Shown one piece after another: positions 13,985-25,152 of a stretch of DNA of 64,000 bases (positions within the stretch are counted from its first letter, which is position 1; each line of letters starts with the position of its first letter). The notes below the pieces were generated by a model. It had not been told where the DNA came from, did no database searches, and saw only the letters and a list, made by a program, of their open reading frames with translations. The stretch lies in the NCBI RefSeq assembly GCF_009914755.1, contig NC_060939.1. The stretch is one strand, 5' to 3'. The stretch is from the human T2T-CHM13v2.0 reference genome, Homo sapiens. Both the position numbers and the translations under genes were made by a program.

Positions 13985-14947
13985 TGTATTGGGCTGAATT
14001 GTTTTCCTCCAAAAGATATGTTGAAGTCCTAACCCCCATTGCCTCAGAATTTGGCCTTATTTAGAAATAGGGTCTCTGTACATATGCACACGTATGTTTA
14101 TTGCGGCACTATTCACAATAGCAAAGACTTGGAACCAACCCAAATGTCCATCAATGATAGACTGGATTAAGAAAATGTGGCACAGATACACCATGGAATA
14201 CTATGCAGCCATAAAAAAGAATGAGTTCATGTCCTTTGCAGGGACATGGATGAAGCTGGAAACCGTCATTCTCAGAAAACTATCACAAGGACAGAAAACC
14301 AAACACCGCATGTTTTCACTCATAGGTGGGAATTGAGCAATGAGAACACTTAGACACAGGGCGGGGAACATCACACACCAGGGCCTGTCAGGGGGTGGGG
14401 GGCTGGGGGAAGGATAGCATTAGGAGAAATATCTAACGTAAATGATGAGTTGATGAGTGCAGCAAACCAACATGGCACATGTATACCTATGTGTCAAACC
14501 TGCACTTTGTGCACATATACCCTAGAACTTAAAGTATAATAAATAAATAAATAAAAATAAGCAAATTAATACACAAAAAAAGAAACAGGGTCTCTGTAGA
14601 TATAATTATCTAATATGAAGTCATAATGGAGTATGATGGGCTGTAAATACCATATGACTGGCATCCTTGTAAGAGGAAGGAGACACACAGAGAGAATGCC
14701 ATGTGATGACAGAGGCAGAGCTTGGACCAATGCAGCTGCAATCCAACGAATACCAAGGATCGATGGCCATCACCAGAAACTAGGAAAAGGCAAAGGAAGG
14801 ATTCTACCCAGAGTTCAGAGGGAACATGGCCCTGCCAACACCTTGATTTCAGACTCCTCACCTCAAAAACTGTGAGGAAATAAATTTTTTCTTTGTGAGC
14901 CACCCAGTTTGTGGTACTTGATATGGAAGCCCTAGGGGACTAGTACA
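13985..14947 (+). mobile_element. MLT1C-like MaLR LTR, split by L1PA
   Basis: tgtattgggctgaattg...agatatgttgaagtcctaacccc start; ggccctgccaacaccttgatttcagac...cccagtttgtggtac...tagtaca end. Confidence 0.88.
14081..14580 (+). mobile_element. L1PA (about PA5-7), 5'-truncated 3' end
   Basis: ORF2 C-terminus MFIAALFTIAKTWNQPKCPS, G-rich 3' UTR, A-rich tail; 18-bp TSD agaaa(t/c)agggtctctgta at 14063-14080 and 14581-14598. Confidence 0.96.
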
Positions 14948-14997
14948 GAATCTCTCATACAATTGCAATGAGATCTTGACATGGGCTGGAATTAACT

Positions 14998-15375
14998 TGT
15001 CTTAGTCCATTCCTGGTGCTATAACAAAATCCCTTAGGCCAGGTAATCCATAAGCAATAGAAATTTATTTCTCACAGTTGTAGATGTAGGGAAGTTCAAG
15101 GTCAAGGTACCAACAGGTGCAGGTGAGGACTTTCTCCCTGCTTCATAAATGGCACTTTGTTGCTGCATCCTCATGAGGTGGGAGGAAAGCAAGGGCAAAA
15201 GCAACTAACAGACTCCCTCTTGTTCTTTTATTATATCAGGGCACTAACCCCATTCATGACATGGAGCTCTCATAACCTACACACCTCCTGAAGTCCCCAC
15301 CTCTTAATATTGTTGGATTGGGGATTCAGTTCCAACATTAAATTTGGAGGAACACAAACATGCAACCCAGTAGCA
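14998..15375 (-). mobile_element. MLT1A-like MaLR LTR
   Basis: tgtcttagtccatt...gctataacaaaat...aaatttatttctcacagtt...ggaacacaaacatgcaacccagtagca; 5-bp TSD taact/caact. Confidence 0.85.
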
Positions 15376-17133
15376 CAACTGAAGGCTCTATGGGGCTGTA
15401 TGTCCAGAGGCTTCTCCACATGACAGGTGCTTCATCTAGGATGATAAGAACTGCTGGGGCCTGGCTGTACATTGTTCTCTTGCTCCTTGCAGCCTTTCCA
15501 CATAGCCAGGTGTGTTGGACTTGTTTACATGGCACCTAGCTTCCCCCAGAGCAAGTGTTCCAGGAGACCCAGGTGGAAGGAACAAGACTTCTATTGACCT
15601 AAGCTCAAAAGTTACACAGTGAGAGAGGGGCTATGAGAGGATAGGCTCCAGAATTTAATTAGCAGGTTAAGCCTGAGACTGTAGGAAAAACACCTGTTTC
15701 ATTGTATCAGGAGAGAAGCAGATTAGGATGGATAGAGACACAGCAAATGTGTGGATGGAGAATGACATATGGGAGTGAGTACAGCAGCTTCAGGATGTTG
15801 AGAGAATTTTCATATACTGGCATCTAGTGTCTCTGTGTCTGAAGAAGCAAAGTTATGTGCTGACACTGGTAAGAAAGAAGTGTGGTAGGAGAGAGAGCTT
15901 GGGGAGAATGACATTTGGAAAGAGCCACAGTGAAGAATGGGAAAGAGAGCTAACTACGGTCACATACACCACAAGACCCCAGCATCTGTCATTGTTAAAT
16001 GATAAATTTTGGAAAGGGGAATGAGAGTGAAATCCTGGGGGAGCAGTTGTTTCCTGCTGTCAGTGGCATTCTTATTGACATTTCCTGAGTTTTCCAGCCC
16101 TAATCTAGGTCTCCAGCAGTCAGCGAACTAGATGTTATTTCTAAAATCAAGGTAATGGAAGCTGGGAAAATATGATCACTGTTTCATAAGTACATTTCAT
16201 TAAAAATCAATATCTTCATACTTCGTAGGCCACAAGAGAAGGGAAGAAAAATGTGAAAAATAATTCAAACATCTCATCTAAACATACTTAGAGAATGCCT
16301 TACTCTGACTTTGTGAACCAGTCCTTCCATGTTTCCCTTCGTGGCATACTACTGTATTTAAAGTGGGGAAACAGTACCTAACATATGAATTTTTCAGACT
16401 CAGACTGCACAGATTAATTGTATCTCATCCTAGAAAGCAGCCATATTTAGTTCATTTTGCTGTGATTGATTGGCTGGGTGTGGGTGAGAGGCAGACCCAT
16501 TTTCCTCAATGTTAATTTCAGTTGTGTTGAGTGTGGCCATTTTTGTCAATGATCATGGCGTGAGTTTCTGTGATTAGTCATTTAACTGTATGGTAATTGC
16601 AAGCTAAATAGAGTGTTTACAACAAACCCCTTGGTTTAGAGACAGAGACCATGTCAAATTGCATCCTATGAAAATTGCATAAATAAAAATTTGCATCTAG
16701 AAGGGCCCTTCATGAAAATCATGAAAAGATTGTAGAATTTTTATTTGCATTGTATAGTAGCTCTGTAATTGACAAATGAATTCTAACTGTAGTCCATAAT
16801 ACATTGCATCCAATGATTATTCATCGTAACTGCATATATATTGCTTTGCTCATTATGAAAAGTAACAATGTTGGCAATCACCTTAATTGTTTTTCTTATC
16901 AGATTAGTGATAAAGTGCCATAATGAACATAACCTTCGAGAACGTATTCACTAATGGAATAAACAAAGCTAGGTCTTGGCACAGTACAGATCATACAAAG
17001 ATAGATTTGCCTTTTCATCTCTTCCTGAGAGCCACAGCAGTACCTCTCTGTGAAGTGTCCTTGACTCTAACTTGGTCTAGAATTTCAGAAGCATTCATTA
17101 CTTTTTGTCTCATGATTAGTCAAAAAAAGATCT

Positions 17134-17443
17134 GGCTGGGCGCAGTGGCTCACACCTATAATCCCAGCACTTTGGGAAGCCGAGGCAGGCGGATCACAAG
17201 GTCAGGAGATCGAGACCATCCTGGCTAACACGGTAAAACCCTGTCTCTACTAAAAATACAGAAAAATCAGCCAGCTGTGGTGGCTGGCGCCTGTAGTCCC
17301 AGCTGTTCAGGAGGCTGAGGCAGGAGAATGGCATGGAGCCGGGAGGCAGAGCTTGCAGTGGAGCTGAGATCGCACCACTGCACTCCGGCCTGGGCGACAG
17401 AGCGAAACTCCGTCTCAAAAAAAAAAAAAAAAAAAAAAAAAAA
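17134..17443 (+). mobile_element. AluY, full length
   Basis: ggagatcgagaccatcctggctaacacgg, gagaatggc, gagcttgcagtg diagnostics; long pure poly(A). Confidence 0.96.
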
Positions 17444-17623
17444 TTCTATACCGTCAATCCAAACAGAGAATTACATGAAAATTTCTAAAAATGAAGACTT
17501 TAAAGTCCCTGGGTTTGGACGATTGCCTGAAAAGACTTAAATAATCAGAAAAAAAAAAGCTTCAAACACCAAGACATTCTCCCTTCTTTAAAAATTTGAG
17601 GGAAAAGATTCCAGGGTGAAGTG

Positions 17624-18037
17624 GTATGTTAGTCTGTTTTTTCATTGCTATAAAGAAATACCTGAGACTAGGTAATTTATAAAGAAAAGAGATTTAATTG
17701 GCTCATTATTCCACAGGGTGTACAGGAAGCATCATGCTGACATCTGTTCCACTTCAGAGGAGGTCTCAGGAAACTTATAATCATGGCGGAAGGGGGAGTA
17801 GGTGCATCACGTGGCTGGAGTGGAAGCAAGAAAGAGGGCGGTGCAGTGCTACACACTTAAACAACCAGATCGCATGAGAACTCTATCACAAGAACACCAC
17901 CAAGGGGATGGTGCTAAACCATTCATGAAGGATCCACCCTCATGAGCTAGTCAGCTCCCGCCAGACCCCCATCTCCAACATTGGGGATTACAATTCCACA
18001 TGAAATTTGGGTGGGGACACAGATCCAAACCGTATCA
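17624..18037 (-). mobile_element. MSTA-like MaLR LTR
   Basis: attgctataaagaaatacctgagact...catgaaatttgggtggggacacagatccaaaccgtatca. Confidence 0.9.
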
Positions 18038-18624
18038 AATGTCATCACAGTTGACAATGCCTGAGGCAATTTTAATTCATCAGTGCATAGACAACATAAT
18101 TCACATCTCCTGTGCAGCAAGAGGGACAGATGCTATCAAGGCTTAAACACTATGAAAGATAATATTTGTTTCTCTACAGAACTGAAATCACTATTATAGA
18201 ACTCATTATTCCCATTTTCCCTAGGTACAAACAAACTTCCTCCTTTAAGAAGAGAAAGTTCATTTCTTTTGCCCTGGTCCCAGGTTTGGTTGGTTTTCTT
18301 TTCCACCTCCTGTTCCTCTGTTTCCCTTTCTTTTTGCTCTTTAAAGGCCAGTACTTATTCTGAAAATGATTTCCTATTTCTGAAGTTAGCATACCCATCA
18401 CCTTACTAACAACTAAGACACCTCCATGTGTGTTTCTCAGGGACACCTGCAGATAAATTGTAAGTAGGTAGTTCATGACAATCATTATATCATTGAGAGA
18501 ATTTGCAGGAGATGTTCAATTATTTATGCTTTAAAACAGCCATTATTGGGTACCCATCACATACTGACACTCACCGTTCCAGGACCTATACTTTGGGATA
18601 TGAACTTCTCAGAACAGAGTAGGC

Positions 18625-19180
18625 ATTGAATGTTTATTAAGTAAGTGGCAGTACCTGCTTCCAATAAGCTCCCAGTCTAATGAGGGAGGTGGACCTTTAC
18701 ACAGAAAGGTATAATTTATAGTTTGATGAGTATTCTAGAATAATTAGAAATAGCCAAAATGGGAGCACAGGGAAGGAAGTAACCCAGTTTAGGAAGATTG
18801 AGAAAGGCTCCATAGAAATAGTGTTTGGGGTAGATTTTGAAGGAGGAGCAGATGTTTGTCAGGTGAAAAGGTTGGAAGAATGGTGTCTGAGGGCATGTGT
18901 GTATCTGTGTGTAGAGGAGTGTGAACACAGGCATTCCAAGCAAGGGTAATGGCACATGTTAAGGCATGGAGGCTGAAGTGGTGTAGTGAATCCTGGAAAC
19001 AGTGTTCACTTTTGCTGGAATCTGGGAGATATCCAGGTGAGGGGCTAATTGAGAAGAAAGATAGGTGCCAGAGGTTGAAAGTCTCTGTGACCTTCATTGC
19101 AGAGTTTTGGGGTTTGCCAATAGGAATCAAATGTTGGTCTAGTAAAAAAGAGACAAAAATCACATTTATTTTAAAAATCA
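18625..19180 (-). mobile_element. L2 fragment (continues at ~21973 beyond the L1)
   Basis: agctcccagtctaatgagggag...ggcattccaagcaagggtaatggcac; aagatcactctg after the L1. Confidence 0.7.
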
Positions 19181-19875
19181 ACTTTTCACCATTGAGGTTA
19201 ATGTCAGCTGTAGGGTTGTTATATATGGCCTTTATTGTATTGAGGTACATTCCTTCCATACCTAGTTTGTTGAGAATTTTTATTATGAAAACAAGTTGAA
19301 TTTTTCATCAAATGCTTTTTCTGCATCTAATGAGATTAGCATATGGTTTTTGTCCTTCATTTTGCTAATATGATATTTCACATCTATAGATTCACATATG
19401 TTGAACCATCGTTGCATCCCTGGGATAAATTCTACTTGATCATGGTGAATCATACTTTTAATATGCTGTTGAATTCAGTTTACTAGTACTCTTGTTGTTG
19501 TTGAGGATTTTTGCATTGATGTTCATCAGGGATATTGGTCTGTAATAATTTTCTTTTATTGTAATGTCTTTGTCTGGCTTTGGTATCAGAGTAATGCTGG
19601 CCTCATGAAAAGAGTTCCAAAGTACTCCTTCTTCTTTATTTTTTAGGGAGCACTTGAGAAAAATTGGTATTAGTTCTTCTTTAAATGACCCATGAAGTCA
19701 TCAAGTCCTGGGCTTTTCTTTGATGGGAGAAAATTTTATTGTTGATTCAGTCTCCTTACTTATTATTCATCTTTTTAGATTTTAATTTTTTTTCTTGATT
19801 CAGTGTTGCTAAGTTATATGTGTCTATGGTTTGCCCATTTCTTCTAGTTATCCAATTTATTGGCATGTTATTCTT
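19181..19875 (-). mobile_element. Inverted 5' segment of an L1MA-class element (ORF2, antisense)
   Basis: Minus-strand ORF gives YLNTIKAIYNNPTADINLNGEKL, an L1 ORF2 RT-region peptide. Confidence 0.92.
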
Positions 19876-21972
19876 AGGATCAGGAACAACATGAAGATGC
19901 CCACTTTAACCACTTCTATTCAATGTAATATAATATTAGAGGTCCTTGCCAGAGTAATTAAGCAAGAGAAAGAAATAAAAGGCATCTAAGTAAGAAAGTA
20001 GTGAAATTGTTGCTGTTTGCTGACAACATGATCCTATGTATAGAAAACCCTAAACACCCTATCAAAAAAACCATTAGAACTGAAAAACAAATACAGTAAA
20101 GTTGCAGGATACAAAATCAACAAACAAAAAGCAGTAGTATTTCTATACACTAACAACAAATTATCCAAAAAAGAAATTTAAAAATTTTATTCACAATAGC
20201 TACAAAAACTAAAATACCTAGGAATACATTTAACCAAAGAGGTGAAAGATCTCTACAATGAAAACGTAGAACATCGATAAAAGAAACTGAAGACACAAAT
20301 ACATGGAAATATATTCTGTCTTCATGCCTTGGAAAAATTAATATTGCCAAAATGTGCATACTACTCAAAGCAATATATAGATTTGAAGAAATTCCTATAA
20401 AAATTTCAATGCCATTTATTCACAGAAATAGAATAAAATCTTAAAATTTATATAGTATTGCAAAAGACACCAAATAGCCAAAGCAATCTTGAGCAGGAAA
20501 AACAAAGCTGGAGGCATCACACTATTTGACTTTAAACTATATTACAAAGCTATAGTACATAGAACAACATCATATTGGCATAAAAATAGATACATCAACC
20601 AATAGAACAGAATTGGGAACCCAGAAATGAACTCACACATCAATGGTCTATTAATTTTTAACAAAAGTGCCAAGAACACAATCAGTAAAGGACAGTGGCT
20701 TTAACAAAGAGTGTTGGGAAAACTGGATATCCATATGCAGAAGAATGAAACTAGACCCATATCTCTCTCCACATACAAAAATAAAATCAAAATGGGTTAA
20801 GGGCTCAAATGTAAGTTCTGGAACTGTAAAACTAACTAGAAGAAAACATAGGAGAAAAAAACTACGCAACATTGGTTTGAGCAATTATTTTTTTAATTTG
20901 ACCCAAAAAACTCAAGAAACAAAACCAAAAATAAACAAAAGGCATTACATCAGACTAAAAATCTTCTCCATAGCAAGCAAACAACAGAGTGAAGAGAAAA
21001 CCTACAGATTGAGAGAAAATATTTGCAAGCAATACCTCTGATAAGGGGTTAATATCCAAAATATGTAATAACTCAAAAACTCAATAGCAGAAAAATAAAT
21101 AACTCAATTTTAAAAAGGGCAACAGATATATGAAAAAATGCTCAACATCTGTAATCATTAGGGAAATGATGAGATATTACTTCCCACCTGTCAGAATGCC
21201 TATTACTAAAAAAATGATTGAAGATAACAAATATTGGCGAGGATGGGGGAAAAGAAAATCTTTGTACATTGCTGGTGGGAATGTAAATGAGTACAGCCAT
21301 TATTGAAAACTGTGGACATTCCTCAAAAAACTAAAAACAGAACGACAATATGGTCCGGCAATTCCACTACTGGGTAGGTAGTCTAGGACTTAAAATTAGT
21401 ATTATGAAGAGATAGCTAAACTCTCATCTTCATTACAGCATTATTTACAGTGTCCAAGATGTGGAAATAACTTAAGTATCAACCCAGGGATGAATGGATA
21501 AAGAAAATGTGATATATATACACAATGGAATACTATACAGCCTTAATAATGAAGAAAATCTGTTTTGTGAGGCAACATGAGTGAACCTAGAGGACATTAT
21601 GTTAAGTGAAATAGACCAGGCACATAAGAAGAACAATTACATGTTCTCACTTATATATGGAGTCTAAAATAATAAAACTCATAGAAGCAGAGAGTAGATT
21701 AGTGATTACCAGAGGCTGGGGGTGGGGAGTATGGGGAATGAGGGAGATGTTGGTCAAAGGGCAGAAAGTTGCAGTTAGACAGCAGGAACAAATGATAACT
21801 ATTTAAGTTGATGGATATGAAATTAGCTTGTTTCAGTCATTCCACATCATTCATACATATATATATATTATATATATATAACATATAAAATAACATCACT
21901 GTGTACCCCCATAATTGTATGTAATTATAATGTGTCAAAAATAAAATTAAATTTAAAAAACTAAATTTAAAA
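19876..21972 (+). mobile_element. L1MA-class ORF2 3' part, 3' UTR and A-rich tail
   Basis: Degraded ORF2 (LFADNM motif, KLDPYLSPHTKIKSKW) followed by an L1MA-type 3' UTR. Confidence 0.93.
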
Positions 21973-22967
21973 AAGATCACTCTGTTCAGTGTTTCCTAGG
22001 GTAAATAACTTTTTTAAATGATGGATGAAATAAAGGTAATGTTTTTCTTTATTTCAGAAGAACTCTGAATTTATAATATTGTGCACTAAGAATCTCTAAA
22101 AGGAGATTATACTGTAAAGCATCCAGGACCACCACCTCTTTGTTCCAAAACCAGGAAATCGCAAGGGGTGATAATATTGTGTTCATTTCCATTTATGCAA
22201 ACTGTATGTCTATTGGAAAAGGCCATTCCACACTCAAGGACTTCATGTCACATTTGGGCACTTCAGTGCCCTCATAATATTAATATAATTGGAGGTTGAA
22301 AGATTTGTGCTGTCCCAAGCAAAGCATGAAATGTTTCATGAATTGGTGGAAAATTAGGACCAGAAGGATGTCATGTGTCCATTTCAGTGTTTTGGTTTTA
22401 GGGAAATCCAAGACAGTACATGATTGATTATGATTAATTGTATTTACTTACATAGTTCTCTTTGTGGATATTTTCATCTGAACTGGGAAAGCACAAGAAT
22501 TAAGCAGACACCTTTGAATTATTCAAGCTGATGGTTAAAATAGCCCATTAATATTTCAGACCACTCCCCTGTACAAAATGATTCCTACATTAGTTCATCT
22601 CTCTGCATAAAAGCGTCTTCACCTGAAAAAATTAAAAAGCTTGGGCTACATTTTTTAAAAGTCTTTCCAGCTGTAAGTGGTAAGGGTTCTGTTACTTAAA
22701 CAGTATATGAGGGCCACATTAATTAGAGTGTATGTCACCTAAGCTTTCGCCCTTTTTCAGGAATTTACAGATCACCAAGGCAAATAATGCTTAAGGCAGA
22801 TCAGATATCTGTGTGGAAACCATAAAGAAAAACAATAGCAAATAATAACAGGTTTTACTTATATATTATATACTAGTTTTCTCAAATTTAAATATTTATT
22901 ATGTACTCTGAGATGAGATAGCGACTTAAAACACCTTTCCACTCAAGGCTTGGCACTTAGCACAGCC

Positions 22968-22975
22968 TGACGTCA
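22968..22975. promoter_or_regulatory. Perfect CRE palindrome TGACGTCA
   Basis: Direct motif match with its CpG retained; function not shown. Confidence 0.3.
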
Positions 22976-22995
22976 CTTTTCATATCATCCTAAGT

Positions 22996-23185
22996 CTGTG
23001 TTTCCCAAAATGTGGTCATGAGACCACCTACCTAATCATACTCGCTGGAAAAGCTTATCGATGAGCATTCCTGGGTGCTAATCTGCTAGGGATGCAGATT
23101 TCATAGAGCAGGCTAGAGCTCAGGAATCTGCATTGTTAATAAACTCCCCAACAGAATCTTATGCACATACATTTAAATACTACTT
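22996..23185. mobile_element. MER5-type hAT element
   Basis: ctgtgtttcccaaaatgtggtc...caggaatctgcattgttaataaactcccca. Confidence 0.7.
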
Positions 23186-23978
23186 CCTCCAAGATGTAAA
23201 TCACTGTGCTGGGAGTATGGCCAAATAAATAGAAGAGGGTCTGAGGTAACATCAGAGTAACAGGGGATTAATACCACTGCATCCTGGTAACTCCCCTCAC
23301 TTCATTCTAGCCAACGGCAAGGAGGTTGTTGCTCCTCTGTTTCACCCCTTGTCTTGTCTGAAAGGTAAACAAACTTTCCAGAAAGTAGTTTTACCAACAA
23401 GTGAGGGAAGGGAGCAACAGAGGTTGGAGATCTAATGGGGAAAGGTCTGCCTTACGCTTTTTTTTTTTTCTCAAAAAGTAGATGGAGTTTGGAGAAACTA
23501 AGGTGATTCCAGGGTTCACTGTATAAACTATCCAGATGGATTTAGAGATGATAATATGAGTACATTTGGAACTAAGGCAAAGAACCAGTGCACATATGAT
23601 AACTCAATACAACTGAAAACACAGCCATTTGATTTTTAATGAATACAAGAATTTTAATATGCTTCCAGACCTTGTTTTTCTTTTTTCTATTTTCTTGTAT
23701 TTTTGAAATTCTCTGTATTCTTGAATGTGGACTTTTTTCTTTTATAAACCCAGTCCACTAATGCATACAAAGCTCTGTTTCTGCCCTAAGGCTAAGAACA
23801 TTCCAGGTGAACTAATCAATCAATTTTGCCCATTAAGAAAGAGCACTAAAATAAAAAGAATCCTAACCTTTTGATGGATCTGCTAGTTGTTTGCTAAATA
23901 CTTTCTTTTTTTAATGGCAAAACACCAAGAGGAGAAGCAGTCTTTCACCTTAAGGAGAGGAAAAGCTTCCAGTTCCTA

Positions 23979-24022
23979 GGGAATTTGTAGCATTTGGGGA
24001 ATTTGTACCATTTGGGGAATTT
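23979..24022. repeat. 18-bp tandem repeat, ~2.4 copies
   Basis: gggaatttgtagcatttg gggaatttgtaccatttg gggaattt. Confidence 0.9.
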
Positions 24023-24304
24023 TTTTTTCAAATCCTGGAGTATCGGTCAACCATAGCATCACTTGGTGATAGTGGTGTTATTTTTAGTTAAGTCTTTCTA
24101 GCCCAAGTTAAAACATGTGCATATTTAAAATGTAGAATAAATGCTTTTGCAAAACAAACTGAGAACCAGGCGTGGTGTTTGGCTTAACTGAATACCTAAC
24201 TCAGCAATAGCTTTTGCACAGTGTTGTTCAAAATATCTTCCTTCAATTTTCAGATTCTTTGCCTTATATTATAGAATTGATGGAGTAACTGATTTATTTT
24301 GTAG

Positions 24305-24364
24305 GATCTGAAACTTCCAACTCATTATTTCCGGGTTCTGAGTGTTATACGACTGAACCTATTG
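24305..24364 (+). other. Candidate 60-nt exon
   Basis: ctgatttattttgtag acceptor, TTG|gtaatg donor; two frames open. Confidence 0.2.
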
Positions 24365-24539
24365 GTAATGTGTGTTCTTCCAGCCTAATTGTTAAATGAG
24401 AGAAGTTCATGAAGAAAAATGAGATATGATGTTGCATTTCATGAAACAGCTGCCTCAGCCCAAACAAATGTTTCTCTTATCTGTAGAAGAAGATAAAATA
24501 AGACATAGCTGACCAGAGATCTTCAAGTTTTAAAAGTTT

Positions 24540-24562
24540 AACAACAACAACAACAACAACAA
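24540..24562. repeat. (AAC)n microsatellite
   Basis: About 7 AAC units. Confidence 0.9.
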
Positions 24563-24873
24563 AACAGATGTTTCACATGCACAGTGTCTAGCCTATCATG
24601 GTGTTTTACTCTGGTCTACTGGTGGATGCTTTTCCTCAGCTGAACATATTCCTAACTAATAATGGAATTCAATAGAGAAATTGCATTCAGGTTAGAATCC
24701 AACTTAGCTTAAGCCATTATTACTTTAAGCAAGAGATACATAAAATTAGAGAATGACAATCTGATTTACTAAATTAATAAGCACACCACAACTATGTTTA
24801 ACTCAGTATTGTGGTTTTAAAGGTCAGAAGTAATGGAAAATCAATCCATTTCTCTTTTCTTTTCTTTTTTCAG

Positions 24874-24905
24874 GTTTTTGACCAGACAAGCCAACCTTTT
24901 TCAAG
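24874..24905 (+). other. Candidate 32-nt micro-exon
   Basis: ~23-nt pure pyrimidine tract plus cag acceptor; AAG|gtaaac donor. Confidence 0.35.
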
Positions 24906-25085
24906 GTAAACAACATACTGTTCTCCAATTTGTTGGCAAAATCCAGCGAATTGTTACTGGTTTTAGATAAGTTTTTGCTGTATGTCATGAGTGAGACGTT
25001 CAAATGGTGCTCAGAATTAGAGTTTACTGGTGATGTTAGTGATTCGAGCATGCTATGAATATTGCTTGACTAAGTACTGGTCTTA

Positions 25086-25152
25086 AGAGAAATAGAGAGA
25101 GAGAATGAGAGAGAGAGAGAGAGAGAAAAAGAGAGAGAGACAGTGTGTGTGT
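25086..25152. repeat. Compound (AG)n/(TG)n microsatellite
   Basis: Interrupted gagaga run followed by gtgtgtgtgt. Confidence 0.9.

Larger units (their letters stand above)
13858..15620 (-). mobile_element. Old MLT1 (H/J-like) MaLR LTR in three pieces (13858-13984, 14948-14997, 15376-15620)
   Basis: ggttatctatagct...aaaacttagtggcttaaaac; later gcttcccccagagcaagtgttccaggagac...gacctaagctcaaaagttacac. Confidence 0.7.
13743..15960 (-). mobile_element. Old L2 remnant (pieces ~13743-13850 and ~15620-15960) hosting an LTR nest
   Basis: gtcactggtggccttacaagagcag...cagtagagtg...ggcagaagccaaattg; downstream piece is more degraded. Confidence 0.5.

Noticed and set aside
14094-14336. ORFs resembling reverse-transcriptase protein (also 18789-19259, 20667-21041, 53981-54253, 54458-54811)
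   Set aside because: Broken L1 ORF2 fragments or their antisense frames; not functional CDS
14383-14413. G-quadruplex-forming tract
   Set aside because: Standard polypurine tract of the L1PA 3' UTR; already well described
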